Of a DNA stretch of 33,362 nt, positions 1 through 11,502 are shown one piece after another. Position numbers and translations under genes: made by a program. The DNA lies in contig NC_069009.1 in NCBI RefSeq assembly GCF_001194135.2, forward strand, positions 1,298,965-1,332,326. Reading direction: 5' to 3'. Position 1 is the first letter of the stretch; every line of letters starts with the position of its first letter. The notes under the pieces are model-generated. The model did no database searches. It saw only the letters and a list, made by a program, of their open reading frames with translations, and was not told where the DNA came from. Source of the DNA: Octopus bimaculoides (Eukaryota).

Positions 1-561
1 TCAAAAGACAAATCATAAGATCGTATTTTCGTTGTTAAATTTTGGTTTGAAAAGAAAGTAATTTTTAAAAAGCGACTCGGAAACGGAAACGACGAAACGA
101 ATTAAGTCTCGCTGTCTGTCTGCCTGCCACTGTGTGTGTATATACCGTGAAATGAATTAAATATCCGAAAAAGAAGCACACTCTAAAGAAGGGGTTCTCA
201 ACCATTTTTTAAATCTATGAACCACTTTGATAATCATTTAGATTTAGTGCACGCCTTAACCATTCGGTGCTTAAAAACTTGTTCAAAATTCCTAATTTGT
301 TTTCCCATAGATTGATTTGTAAATGTTTAACTATATAAAGCGTTCGAGAAAGAAACTTGTTCCCTACAATACATTCATGTAAAGCAAAATTTTTTCAAAT
401 AACCTTAAAATACTATTTTGGATCGCAATTTACTATTTTATTGTGTAGACCCCAGAACTCTTATACGGACGTGCAGGGGCCAAATTGACTCCGCTTGAGA
501 ATCACTGTTTTAAAGAATAGAGCAGTAATGTTTTTACGCACAGTGAAATATATATATTATA

Positions 562-748
562 TTCTTTTATTCTGTTACTTGTTACAGTCATTTGACAGTG
601 GCCATGCTGCAGCACCGCCTTAGAGTTTTTTTTTTCTTCGTCGAAGAAATCGAACCCACGACTTAATTTTTTCATAAGCCTAGTACTTATTCTATCAGGC
701 TCCTTTTTCTCGAACTGGTGTATTACGAGGACGTAAGCACGACAACAT
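562..748 (-). mobile_element. SINE family C, 3' part (diverged)
   Basis: Matches the reverse complement of the 28645-28858 copy (agtcatttgac..ggccatgctg.agcaccgcc, aagcctagtacttattctatc). Confidence 0.8.
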
Positions 749-769
749 GTATGCACATATGTCTGTTTG

Positions 770-858
770 TCTTTGTATGTGTTTGTCCCACTATGTTTGT
801 TCCCACACCATCGCTTGAAAACCGATGCTGGTGTGCTTACGTCCCGTTACTTAGCGAT
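770..858 (+). mobile_element. SINE family C, middle fragment
   Basis: catcgcttgaaaaccgatgctggtgtgcttacgtccc matches the family C body; followed by (TA)n and an N gap. Confidence 0.75.
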
Positions 859-1267
859 CTCATATATATATATATATANNNNNNNNNNNNNNNNNNNNNN
901 NNNNNNNNNNNNNNNNNNNNNNNNNNNNNNNNNNNNNNNNNNNNNNNNNNNNNNNNNNNNNNNNNNNNNNNNNNNNNNGATATTGGGAATGATAGTTTAT
1001 ATCTTTCCCATTCCGTTGGTAATAATCCACCGTGTTAATGAAAGAAAGGAAGTAAGGACAGCAAACGTTTGTGGAATAATACGCAACCTAAGAGTGAAGG
1101 CGAAGGGAGACAATCAAGTATATTTCAGCCAATCAAAATTCGATCTTGATCAACTTATGTTTATAATGGTGATGGATTTCCACCTTTTGACAACAAGGAT
1201 TCAATATTCGGTCAACCGAATTGGCTGTATATTCCAAAGACAGGTACTGTTAATGTAATTTCCAGGT

Positions 1268-1550
1268 AGGTGTAGCTTCATAGTTAAATAGTTTATTATT
1301 TCCAAACCAGAGGTGCTTGTGTTCAGTTCTCCTGCCCGGCACCATGGGCAAACGATGTTTTACTATAGCCCAAGTCCTACCAAAGCATTGTGAGTGGATT
1401 TCGTAGACAAAAATTGAAAGAAGTCAGTTATACATAAATATATGCGATTGTGTTTCCTTCTCCTGATATAAAGCGATGGATGTAGGTGAGCATCACTACC
1501 TTGAAAATGAGGTCTGACTAAGGAAAAATATTACCATAATTGGGAAGCCT
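1268..1550 (+). mobile_element. SINE family C, 5' part (diverged)
   Basis: ggcaccatgggcaa..tactatagccc..ccaaagcattgtgagtggattt.gtagac matches the family C head/CORE-like region. The 3' boundary is uncertain. Confidence 0.65.
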
Positions 1551-1639
1551 GCTCTGCAGACATCGAGCATGCTTTGGCAAGCCTACGGCATCAAGGCAAT
1601 GTGGGTCGTACGCCATGTTTTGAGTAGCCACAGCTCAAT

Positions 1640-2140
1640 CAAGAGCGTCCCCCAGGCTAGACCAGCACTCGAAGAGTTCTACTATGGTGTTTTGAAGCAT
1701 TTGAGGGACGAAATTCAGCAAAAGTGACCAGATCTATGGAACAGGAAGAATTGGTTTCTTCATGACAACACATCCTGCCATCAAGCTCTCCTCACTTGTA
1801 AGTTTTTTTTTGCCAAAAACCAACATGGTATCGTTTCCGCACCCACCCTATTCACCAGATTTAGCAGTTGCCAGCTTTCATCTCCTTCCCAAGATCAGTA
1901 TGCAGCAGAAAGGTCGCCGTTTTAACACAGTTGTTGAGATCTAGGTCTTCAACTCGCTTAAGGAAAATAACTTCCAGGCTGAGTTCCAAATGTAGTAAGA
2001 ATTCTGGGACCAGAGTATTGCTGTGCAAGGTGACTATTTCAAAGGAGATAATGTTACAATTCAGGTAAAAATAGATGGTCTATAAACAAAGTACCATGAA
2101 ACATAACTAGTTTGGGAACCTTTCGATACCACCTAATGTA
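1640..2140 (+). mobile_element. Mariner transposon remnant: decayed C-terminal transposase plus right TIR
   Basis: Frameshifted translation gives EFYYGVLKHLR..PDLW..WFLHDN, HPPYSPDLA, KGRRF..EI and QGDYFKG, typical mariner motifs. It ends gggaacctttcgataccacctaatgta, a TIR-like end closing in TA. Confidence 0.9.
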
Positions 2141-2156
2141 CTTTTTGTTTGTACAT

Positions 2157-2432
2157 GTGAAGGTGCATGGCTCAGTGGTTAGCGCATGAGATAGGGAGTT
2201 CAATTCCCAGCCCATACTGTGTGTTGTGTTCTTGAGCAAGACACTTTATTTTGTGTTTTTCCACTTCACTGATGCCAAGTTGCCTTTCTCTTGGATTAAT
2301 AACAGTCGCATGGAGAAGCGAGGCTGGTATGCATGGGCGACTGCTGATCTCCCATAAGCAACCTTGCATGGACTTTTGTCTCAGAGGTGCAATCCCATGG
2401 TCATTTATAACTGAAGAGTCTTCACCCTTTAC
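2157..2432 (+). mobile_element. tRNA-derived CORE-type SINE (family B head, tail Z)
   Basis: A box tggctcagtgg, B box gagttcaattcc, CORE-like tgtgttgtgttcttgagcaagacacttta. Confidence 0.75.
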
Positions 2433-2801
2433 TCTATGTATGTATAATGCATACAAGTGCATGTGTATACATTTTATGAAACCTCTGTATCTAACACTGC
2501 TTAATATTTCAGATTATCTGATAAGATTCACATCAAATACACCATCAATATTTATCAAGCTTCAAAAATGAAAGGAAAACGTTTATATACACCAGACACA
2601 AACTCGGAGATATAAATCTGTGGTAGAATTACTGTAAGATAACTTTTCTGGACTGAGACTAATAGCAACATTTGTTAATGTATATAATGTCAGCAAGATG
2701 GACTTTGTATGCAGATTAAATGTGCATTACAAATTACAGAGTAGTTTCTATGGCTATACATGTTGAAAAAGATCACAAGACCACAGCCGACAAGAACTTA
2801 A

Positions 2802-2946
2802 CATCATCATCCTCCTTTAACGTCCATTTTCCATGCTGTCATGGGTTGGATGGATCAACCAGAGTTAGCAAGCTGCACTAGGTTCCAGTCTGATTTGGTT
2901 TGGTTTCTATAGCTGGATGCCCCGCCTGATGCCAACCACTTTACAG
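2802..2946 (-). mobile_element. SINE family D 3' part, (GAT)n tail
   Basis: catcatcatc..ttaacgtccattttccatgctg..gctggatgccc..gccaaccact recurs at least seven more times in the window. Confidence 0.8.
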
Positions 2947-3031
2947 CGGTAACATTGGAAGTATAAATATTTAAGAATCAACTACGAAGAAACGATAAGC
3001 ATCTGTATACTGTGGTGAGAGAAGAATAATT

Positions 3032-3455
3032 ATGGAAATTGAACTGAGAGAAGGTTCAGTAAGAAGAGATTTCCTCAAAAATATAACCTCATTAGACACT
3101 ATTGTATTCATAAAGGGATAAAGTAGATCACTGTGGTGTCTGTTGATCTGTGGTAAATCACTCTCAATACGAATGCCTAACTGAAAAATATATGCACTCG
3201 AATCAAAGAGAAGCCATATTACTGTCAAAATTATGGTACATCGTTCAGATCAGTACCATAACATCTCACAAACGTATGCATAGAGAAGAAGAAAAAATAC
3301 GTTTTGCTGAGATATCTGTGGCGTATCATTTTCTGAAACCGGTCACTTGAAAACACATAAATATATTCGTACAATGAAAGAATCCATTTCACTGTGATAT
3401 CAGTTGTAAAATAATCCTCCCAAAAAGGTAACTTAATTACTCACCAACATGTGGA
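3032..3455 (+). pseudogene. Decayed C2H2 zinc-finger gene
   Basis: ATG context catctgtatactgtggtgagagaagaataattATGgaa matches the intact paralogs. Finger relics (tgtggtaaatca, gagaagccatat, gatatctgtggcgtatcattttctg, cactgtgatatc) are broken by stops and frameshifts. Confidence 0.85.
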
Positions 3456-3748
3456 GGGTAATTATTATTGGTGCTTTGAAGACAAAAATTTTAAAAAGTA
3501 CATTTAATTGCGCAGGCTAGCAATAGGCAAAGTTTCCATTGGACAACATACATTCAAAGATATTTAACAGAACCATTATCCTTATGCAAATGTAGCAAGT
3601 TTGTGGAAAGCCAGAGATACTGTGAAACCACAGACAAAAAAATACAAGAGATCTTTAGCTTTGTACAACCTATGCCTTTTCATTCATGGCAAGACACTGA
3701 ATTTCGGAAGGTGACTTTGTCAGAAAATAAACTTATTCATCACACTCT

Positions 3749-4132
3749 TTAACCATTTAGCATTCAGATTATTGTCAAAGTGTTATGCTTGTTTATTCAC
3801 ATTGCTTTTAATTATTCATGCATCATCTGGTAGCTTTAAGATTTCAATGACATGATTGTATATTTTCAAAATGACATTGTAGGGTATGTACAAAGAGTGA
3901 AATCTGGCTAGTTTGAACATGGAAATGATAAAGTATTTGGGCCAGATATGAGTGGCTCAAATATTCTGCCTGTTTTACATTCAAACTGGCCATGTTTTGC
4001 TCCTCACAAACCTACTCCACACTGACATTCTGAAAATAAACAATCACATCATTCAGACCTCAAAGCTTTGGGATAATGATATGAATAAATAAACAGAACA
4101 TTTTACAGAGTAATCTGAACACTAAAGGGTTC
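3749..4132. mobile_element. Palindromic MITE family F with piggyBac-like ends
   Basis: Left arm ttaaccatttagcattcagatta.. and right arm ..taatctgaacactaaagggtt are inverted over roughly 150 bp. TTAA-CC(C)TTT termini are typical of piggyBac derivatives. Confidence 0.75.
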
Positions 4133-4136
4133 ACAC

Positions 4137-4512
4137 CTGTTTTCCATGCTGGTATGGGTTGGACGGTTTGACGAGAACAAAGAAGCTGGGAAGCTGCATT
4201 AGGTTCTAGTTTGATTTGGCTTGGATTGTACAGCTGGATGTTCTTCCCAACACCGCTTTACAGTGTGCCGAGTGCTTTCAACGTGCCACCAGCACGAGTG
4301 ATTTCACATGACACCAATACAAGTGCATTTTCTGTGGTATTGGCACAGGACTCTTGCAGGCCAATCTTCTTCACAAGGTGATGCAGCCATAACACTTCTG
4401 CTGTGGAGGACAGGTCTTCTTGAGTGCAAAAACTGCATAGCAAGCTGCAACAGAGAATCAAACCCATACTTCTCGAACTCCTATTAAGCATGCTGTACCA
4501 CTGAGCCAAGTG
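4137..4512 (-). mobile_element. SINE family D, long form with tRNA-like head
   Basis: On the minus strand: A box tggctcagtgg near 4505 and B-box-like ggtttgattc near 4460, then the family D body and tail. Confidence 0.7.
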
Positions 4513-4699
4513 ATTTGTGAAACATTTCACCTAATTAGTTCGTGGAATTGGTGCAAATGCTGTCTTGGATGAGAAGATGTTAAGCAGGTTTCCCACAGTA
4601 ACTGACACCATCAGTAGAGGGCAACATCATCTGAAAAGATAGAAAACAAGAATATTGTAAGACAGAGAGAATACTGAAAAATGCAAGAATACAATCTCT

Positions 4700-4861
4700 A
4701 GGCATTATCTTTCTCCTGCTATCATTTTGAGAATATATCCTCTTACAGATATCACAATGGTATGATATCTTACCTGTTCCTTCTTCTGTAGCAGCAGAAG
4801 AATCAATCCTTTTAGATTGGGTTTCAGATTCAACCTTGCTTTCACATAATTCATTTTCCGT
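4700..4861 (-). pseudogene. Truncated C2H2 ZNF paralog: 33-aa leader plus half a finger, start codon ACG
   Basis: Minus-strand translation TENELCESKVESETQSKRIDSSAATEEGTGKISYHCDICKRIYSQND aligns without gaps to the N-termini of the 15337, 21696 and 25659 ORFs. No finger array follows. Confidence 0.85.
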
Positions 4862-5242
4862 ATTTATTCTTCTATCACCAAAATATGCAGATGTTTATCT
4901 TTTCGTTTTTTCATGCAGCCGATTGGTAACAAAAACTTATATTTCTACTTCTATATTTCCATTAATTCTCTTCTTCACTGCTGTCTGAAGATTCTGCAAA
5001 CTCCTTTGCAATCCAAATTTAACAAGAAGGCAAAATTCATCTTGTAAACATTCCAAACCAGTGAAGCAGAGAAACGTTGCTATAAACCACAAAACTGTTA
5101 TATATGCTTTCTGTGTAGCGTCTTTCTTTAGTCTTTCACAGATTTTAAGTATTGCTGATGTAAAAACATCCATAGATGCCAATATCACCAGATAATCTGA
5201 AGTTATAGTAAAAAAAAAAAAGAAAAAAAAATGTAAGACATA

Positions 5243-5441
5243 ACTCTTTTATTATTTTACTCTTTTACTTGTTTCAGTCATTTGACTGTGGCCATGCTGG
5301 AGCACCGCCTTATTCTTTGGATGCCTAGTACTTATTCTATCGGTCTCTTTTGCCGAACCGCTAAGTTACGGGGACATAAACACACCAGCATCGGTTGTCA
5401 AGCGATGTTGGGGTGGGGTGGGACAAACACAGACACACATA
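5243..5441 (-). mobile_element. SINE family C 3' half (young)
   Basis: Near-identical to 27512-27720 apart from an internal deletion. Confidence 0.9.
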
Positions 5442-6794
5442 NNNNNNNNNNCTAAAGCAATTACAGCGTGGAAGACACATTTTAGCCATTTGCAAAACAC
5501 AGAAACTTAACATTAATCATTTGCCGCCGACGTTCTCGACACATCATCTGCTACCTGGTAAAAGAGCTATTTCCTATGGACAGATGATAGACACGAGTGA
5601 AGCACGCAAGCTGTGTTAGCTGTGCGTGTGGTTCCCACGTCAGCAAAATGAATAAGCATTCATAAAGGCAGCATGCAAAAAATTCCTGCGGAGAAAAATG
5701 AATTCGGATTTATCCAGCAGAAAATATTCAACTTCGTACCCCTAATTATCATCTCCGCCGTTTAAAAATGGAAAGCTTCATTAAAATTTTTATTTAAAAA
5801 TACTGCATATTTAAGAAGTTATGCAGAAACAAAGCCGGCAGAGGAACAATTCCATTGTGTCTGAAATGAAAAATTGAAATTCCGCATTTGCATAATTTTT
5901 AATCAGATTTATTTTTTTCAGAAGTTGATAGGCCAGTTTATGTTGCTACTGCCACAAACACATGGGAACTGAAAAGGAGAGAGAATTTAGTTGATTGTAT
6001 AATGAGATACAACTGTTTATATATATTTTTTAATTAGGACGCAGATGGCGCGATCAACTTACCAAAAAGAAAGCCATGAATTTTCGAGGGGGAAAAAAAA
6101 AGTGCAACGAAGGAGGGTTGAGAGACAATGAATCTTAGCTCACATTCACCTTTTTTTTCTTCTTTGATCTTAAGAATCGTAATCTACAAAGCCAAAAATA
6201 TACACATCCGAAGAATTTTTTTTCATTTTTCTACACTAGATAATTTCCGATTTTCTTGTGTGTGTTTCTGCGATCGTGTAGAAGGGTACTCAAATACACA
6301 TAATTTATCATAATATAATAGTTACATCGACAGCGTGTGGCGAGAAGAGGGAAATTTATTGTTTGAATGTGTTGTTGATCATAATACGGAGTGATCTATC
6401 AATTTTCATAAATAAAATAGTATTTATGATGGGTAAAATGTAAATTTTGAATATTGACTGGGTCATCATTGTAGTTGTTATGAGGTTTGTAGAAAGAGAA
6501 AACGATCTTTAAAAAAATAAATAAAATTATTGCTTTACTCACAATTTCATCTGACTCATTATCTTCGATACAATCATTTTCCACAGCAGTCTTGATACAA
6601 ACGCTGAAATTCACCATAGAAGTCGCTAATTTCTGACAATAGATTCTGCTACCACAGGTAGCAGGTACCCTGACGAAAGCCAGACTGAAGCAAAGAGGAA
6701 TGACTAAAACATGTAATGGTTTGCTTTAAATACCGAAACGAAATTTCTGGCATTGTACCAACATTAACAGCATTTATTCAGGCTACGCAGTATT

Positions 6795-6880
6795 TCTTCC
6801 AGTTTTTTTACGTTTTGAGCTCAAATCTCACCGAGGTCAGTTCTTCTTTTCATTTCTTCGGGGTCAATAAAATAGAGAAC
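6795..6880 (+). mobile_element. SINE family E fragment
   Basis: gttttgagctcaaatctcaccgaggtc..tttcatttcttcggggtcaataaa matches the reverse complement of 7158-7320. Confidence 0.6.
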
Positions 6881-7034
6881 CAGCCAAGAACGGAGGACGA
6901 GGGTATCGAATAAACCCCACTTCATCACTATTCTCGTTAGAAGCTATTATTAATCACTGTCCTCCTATTGGATAATTGAGGAAATAAATCTTACCAAGGG
7001 GAAAAACTTCTACAACTGACCTTGGCGAAGACGG

Positions 7035-7320
7035 TCAAATTTTGGGCTAGGGGCAAGTCGATTACATCGATTCCTAGGGCTTAACGGTACTTATTTAGTC
7101 GATCGAAAGGAATTTGCACTCAGAACGCTTCCTTACTACTACTAATAATAATGATAGTAATCCTTTTCTTACTATAGGCACAAAGCCTGAAATTTGGGCA
7201 GAGGGGACTAGTCTATTACATCGACCCAGTGTTTCACTGGTACTTTATTTATCGACCCGAAAAGTTGAAAGGTAAAGTTGACCTCAGCAGAATTTGAACT
7301 CTGATCGTAACGACGGACGT
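7035..7320 (-). mobile_element. Two adjacent SINE family E copies (7035-7130 internally deleted; 7158-7320)
   Basis: Both contain the gtcgattacatcga / ggtactt..tt.tcga / gaatttg.actc motifs also seen at 25420-25552. Confidence 0.75.
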
Positions 7321-8308
7321 TCAATAATAACGATGATTTCTTTCATTAAACGATTTGGTTAATTAATGTTTACTTTCACTCCCGGCCATGAAAATAAAAA
7401 AAAAGCAAGTGTGATAGGTGTTTTAAAAAAAATGTATATTACACGCGTATGAAAACCAAAATTTGCGCCAGCAAACCGGGGGTGAGGAAAAAACTCAGAA
7501 AATTCGCAAGATCCGATTTTTTCCCCTCGTAACTTTTAAGAAAATGGATATCTTTGGTAATCTTTCGTTACAAACAGATTACCCATCCTTTAGTGAAATT
7601 TTATATAAATACCTTTCAAACAGCATAGATTACGATTATAAAGAAATTTGTTTTTTCCGAAGAGAAAGAAATTCATAAATTCAATTTCTGTTTGAGTGCA
7701 AAGGAAAAAAGTTTAAAAAAAAAAATTTTTAGATACATTTATTTTTCGTTTGAGTAATAGAAAAAGGTTTTTAAAGAGATGGGATCTTGTTCAAAACGGG
7801 GGCACCAGTTTTCATTTATGTTTCATGTAGTGTTTTTGGTACCGAAAGACTTTCAAACTNNNNNNNNNNNNNNNNNNNNNNNNNNNNNNNNNNNNNNNNN
7901 NNNNNNNNNNNNNNNNNNNNNNNNNNNNNNNNNNNNNNNNNNNNNNNNNNNNNNNNNNNNNNNNNNNNNNNNNNNNNNNNNNNNNNNNNNNNNNNNNNNN
8001 NNNNNNNNNNNNNNNNNNNNNNNNNNNNNNNNNNNNNNNNNNNNNNNNNNNNNNNNNNNNNNNNNNNNNNNNNNNNNNNNNNNNNNNNNNNNNNNNNNNN
8101 NNNNNNNNNNNNNNNNNNNNNNNNNNNNNNNNNNNNNNNNNNNNNNNNNNNNNNNNNNNNNNNNNNNNNNNNNNNNNNNNNNNNNNNNNNNNNNNNNNNN
8201 NNNNNNNNNNNNNNTCTGAAAAACGTCAACGAACCAAACAGCTGTCAAGTTTATTTATTTATTTTTGTGGGTGGAAATGTACATTTCATGTCAGCATAAA
8301 GTGAAAGA

Positions 8309-8604
8309 GTGAAGGCGCAATGGCCCAGTGGTTAGGACAACGGACTCGCAGTCGGAGGGCCGCGGTTTCGATTCCCAGGCCGGGCATTGTGTGTGTTTAT
8401 TGAGCGAAAACACTTAAAGCTCCACGAGGCTCCAGCAAGGGGTGCTGGCGACCCCTGTTGTGTTCTTTCGCCCCAACTTTCTCTCACTCTTTCTTCCTGT
8501 TTCTTGAGTAACGCTGCGATGGACTGGTGTCCCTTCCAGCTGGGGGGGAACACATACGCCATAGAAACCGGGCCCATGAGTCTGGCTAGGCTTTAAAAGG
8601 GCGC
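8309..8604 (+). mobile_element. tRNA-derived SINE family A, tail X
   Basis: A box tggcccagtgg, B box gtttcgattcc. Body and tail are collinear with 23141-23445. Confidence 0.9.
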
Positions 8605-8700
8605 AAAAAGAAAACAAGAAAACAAGTGTAAAACATTTATTTGCAATTTTTCAGAAAGTATTTTATTTTAAGATTTTATGGAATTTATTTTCTAAATATA

Positions 8701-8836
8701 GGTGCAGGTGCAGCTTCCTAATCACATGCTTCTGGGTTCAGTCCCACTGTGTGGCATCTTAGGCAAGTGTCTTTTACTATAGCCTTGTGAGTGGATTTGG
8801 TAGATGAAAACTAAAAGAAGCCCGTCATGTATATAT
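8701..8836 (+). mobile_element. SINE family C 5' part
   Basis: ctgggttcagtcccactgtgtggcatcttaggcaagtgtc..gtgagtggatttggtaga. Confidence 0.8.
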
Positions 8837-9003
8837 CTATGGGCTAGCAAACTGCTGGCTGTTTGTGTTGGAACCCGTGGTGGTACCAGAGGGCTGCATG
8901 TGGCATAGCAATATTTATAAAACTATTATCCATTGCCAATAAGAAAAACAAAACTATTTGACTGACAAATAGGAAGGACTTCACTTAACACAACCTGATA
9001 TAC

Positions 9004-9076
9004 CTACTTTTCTGTATGAATCCCAACAAGTGTAGTTAAGTGGTCTTTCTGTGAGAATGATTTACCACAGAAATCA
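9004..9076 (-). pseudogene. Out-of-frame 15th zinc finger in the 3' UTR of the 9074 gene
   Basis: After the TGA, a shifted frame reads [23 protein letters not shown]. About 5 nt are missing relative to a canonical finger. Confidence 0.75.
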
Positions 9077-10354
9077 ATATGGTTTCTCTAATGTGTGAAT
9101 GCATTTGTGATCAGCTAAGTTATTTTCCTCAGAGCATGATTTACCACAAATATCACAATGATATGGTTTCTCTCCTGTATGAGTAAGTTTGTGTTTAGTT
9201 AAGTTACTTGCTCCAGAGAATGATTTACCACAGATTTCACAGTGATATGGTTTCTCTCCTGTATGAATACGTTTGTGTTTAGTTAAGTGATGCCTTTGAG
9301 AGAATGATTTATCACAGATCTCGCAGTGATATGGCCTCTCACCTGTATGAATACGTTTGTGAGAGACTAACTCGCCATTTTGAGTGAACGATTTGCCACA
9401 GGTATCACACTGGAATGGCTTCTCACCTGTATGAATGCGTTTGTGCACAGTCACATATGTTCTTGTCGACAACGATTTACCACAGATATCACAGTGATAT
9501 GGATTCACACCAGTATGAATACGCTTATGAGTAGCTAAGTTACCATTCTGAGAGAAAGATTTACCACAGACATCACAGTGATATGGTTTCTCTCCAGTAT
9601 GAATATGTCTGTGTTCAATTAACCGCTGCCTACGAGAGAATGAATTACCACAGATTTCACAGTGATATTGTCTCTCACCTGTATGAACACTTTTGTGTTT
9701 ACTTAAGTGACTAATATGAGAAAATGTTTTACCACAGATCTCACAGTCATATGGTTTTTCTCCTGTATGAAAACGTCTGTGTACAGTGAGATTAAACTTC
9801 ACAGAGAATGATTTACCACAGATATCACAATCGTATGGTTTCTCTCCCGTATGAACACGTTTGTGCGCAGTTAAAGTTTGTTTTTGGGAGAATGATTTTC
9901 CGCAGATATCACAGTGATATGGTTTCTCTCCAGTATGATTATGCATGTGCACATTCAACTGGTATTTCTGTGAGAATGATTCGCCACAGATACCACAGTG
10001 ATATGGTTTCTCACCTGTGTGAATACGTTTGTGTCGACTCAAGTGACTAACATGGGAGAATGATTTACCACAGATAACACAGTCATGTGGTTTCTCGCCC
10101 GTATGAAAACGTTTGTGTATCGTGAGGTTCCCTTTTACAGAGAAAGATTTACCACACATATCACAGCTGTATGGCTTTTCCCCTGTATGAGTACGGGTGT
10201 GCAAACTGAGTCTATATTTTTTAGAAAATATCTTGTTACAGATTTGACACTGGTATGTTATTTTTTTGGTTTCCTTTTTTTTACTGTCCAGAGAATCAGA
10301 ACTTTCAGATAGCATTTTAAATGTATCCTTCTCCTCACAAAATACATTTGCCAT
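9074..10354 (-). CDS. C2H2 zinc-finger protein, 426 aa, 14 tandem fingers, 33-aa leader
   Basis: Intact ORF with 14 CxxC-x12-HxxxH units and TGEKP-type linkers. Upstream splice acceptor tcttttcag|attatctg at about 10704. Confidence 0.93.
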   Translation of the reverse strand: MANVFCEEKDTFKMLSESSDSLDSKKKETKKITYQCQICNKIFSKKYRLSLHTRTHTGEKPYSCDMCGKSFSVKGNLTIHKRFHTGEKPHDCVICGKSFSHVSHLSRHKRIHTGEKPYHCGICGESFSQKYQLNVHMHNHTGEKPYHCDICGKSFSQKQTLTAHKRVHTGEKPYDCDICGKSFSVKFNLTVHRRFHTGEKPYDCEICGKTFSHISHLSKHKSVHTGERQYHCEICGNSFSRRQRLIEHRHIHTGEKPYHCDVCGKSFSQNGNLATHKRIHTGVNPYHCDICGKSLSTRTYVTVHKRIHTGEKPFQCDTCGKSFTQNGELVSHKRIHTGERPYHCEICDKSFSQRHHLTKHKRIHTGEKPYHCEICGKSFSGASNLTKHKLTHTGEKPYHCDICGKSCSEENNLADHKCIHTLEKPY

Positions 10355-10870
10355 AATTCTTCTTCTATGACAATATTCTCTTTTGTTTCCTTTGAGAGGA
10401 TTCCTTATAAATATTTTTATTTCTACAGCTATACTTCCACCAACTGTGATCTTTCAGTAGAGCTGTTATAAATGCTGCAGTATTGGTAATTCATATTTAA
10501 TTAGCAAAATCATCTTGCAGATATTTCAGGCAGTAATTAAAACAATTGTTGCCATTTGTCTTAGTTCCGAATTATTTTACAGTAATCCTGTCACAGGTTT
10601 ATATTGACAGAATTTTATCTTCTCTTTTGTTGTTGTGAGTTGATAACTATTGGTGATATAATCCAATGTACACAATGCTTTCATGCCAACGACAGCAGAT
10701 AATCTGAAAAGATGAACAGTTTAAGATATAGAGGCTACATAAAATGTATACACACACACATTTTATACATGTATATAAATATATATAAAGAATGAAAGAC
10801 GAATATATTTATTTCACCATTTGACATCCATATAATGATGATTATTTTGCAGCCTTTATCATCATTTATT

Positions 10871-11095
10871 GTGGAGGCGCAATGGCCCAGTGGTCAGGGC
10901 AGCGGACTCGCGGTTTCGATTCCCAGACAGGGCGTTGAAAGTGTTTATTGAACGAAATCAACTAAAGCTGCACGAGGCTCCGGCAGGGGATGGTGGCGAA
11001 CCCTGGTGTACTCTTTCACCACAACTTTCTCTTGATCCCTTCCCCAAAAATTTGAGGCCTTTTGTTTCCAATAGAAAGGATTATTATTATTGTTA
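10871..11095 (+). mobile_element. SINE family A head/body (to about 11033) joined to a family E 3' tail
   Basis: Family A head with a deletion in the tRNA region, then ccccaaaaatttgaggcctt..tagaaaggattattatt, the family E end. Confidence 0.75.
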
Positions 11096-11502
11096 CAACC
11101 TTAAAATAAATCTTTGTCAATTTAGCGTTTTCAGATGCAATCAGTGAACGAGCGCCCGACAAAGAGGGGCACATTAACATAATTACTACCAGTTATTTAT
11201 TCACCCATCATGTCCTTATGTCTCTCTTCTCGTCCAAAATGAGGTCAAACTAATCTTCACCTTCCTCATCAAACATCACATCCCTTTTTACTTTCCAGTA
11301 CAACACCCTCTATACGACAAAAGCTAAACCAAAAGTAATTTTCATCAATAAAGTTAAATCTTTTAATCAATAAATATAAACTGCTAATGGGTCTATAAAC
11401 AGATGATTTATTTATTGATTGATAAGTATTTACATATTTGTTCAGCTTCTTCAGTCTATTTTTGTATTTCTCCACGTTTTTGTTTCATTACTAGCCACAC
11501 AG

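Noticed and set aside
4937-5188. 83-aa ORF in the shared 5' UTR of the 4861 pseudogene
   Set aside because: I see no matching ORF in the homologous UTRs of the other paralogs, so it is most likely chance.
6041-6052. YY1-like cagatggcg motif
   Set aside because: Isolated short match with no supporting promoter evidence.
6399-6632. Acidic minus-strand stretch (VENDCIEDNESDEI) ending at a GTGAGT donor (6537-6542) as an upstream coding exon
   Set aside because: Splicing to the 5196 acceptor gives an immediate stop (ATT ATC TGG TGA). The similarity to the leader is too weak. At most a non-coding 5' exon.
7779-8299. Long ORFs here and at 718-1258, 20648-21097 and 30025-30364
   Set aside because: They are mostly X residues from N gaps or microsatellites, not coding evidence.
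8309-8395. tRNA-like sequences here and at 2157, 10871, 17416, 18063 and 23141
   Set aside because: They have A and B boxes but no proper acceptor stem, and they continue into SINE bodies. They are SINE heads, not tRNA genes.
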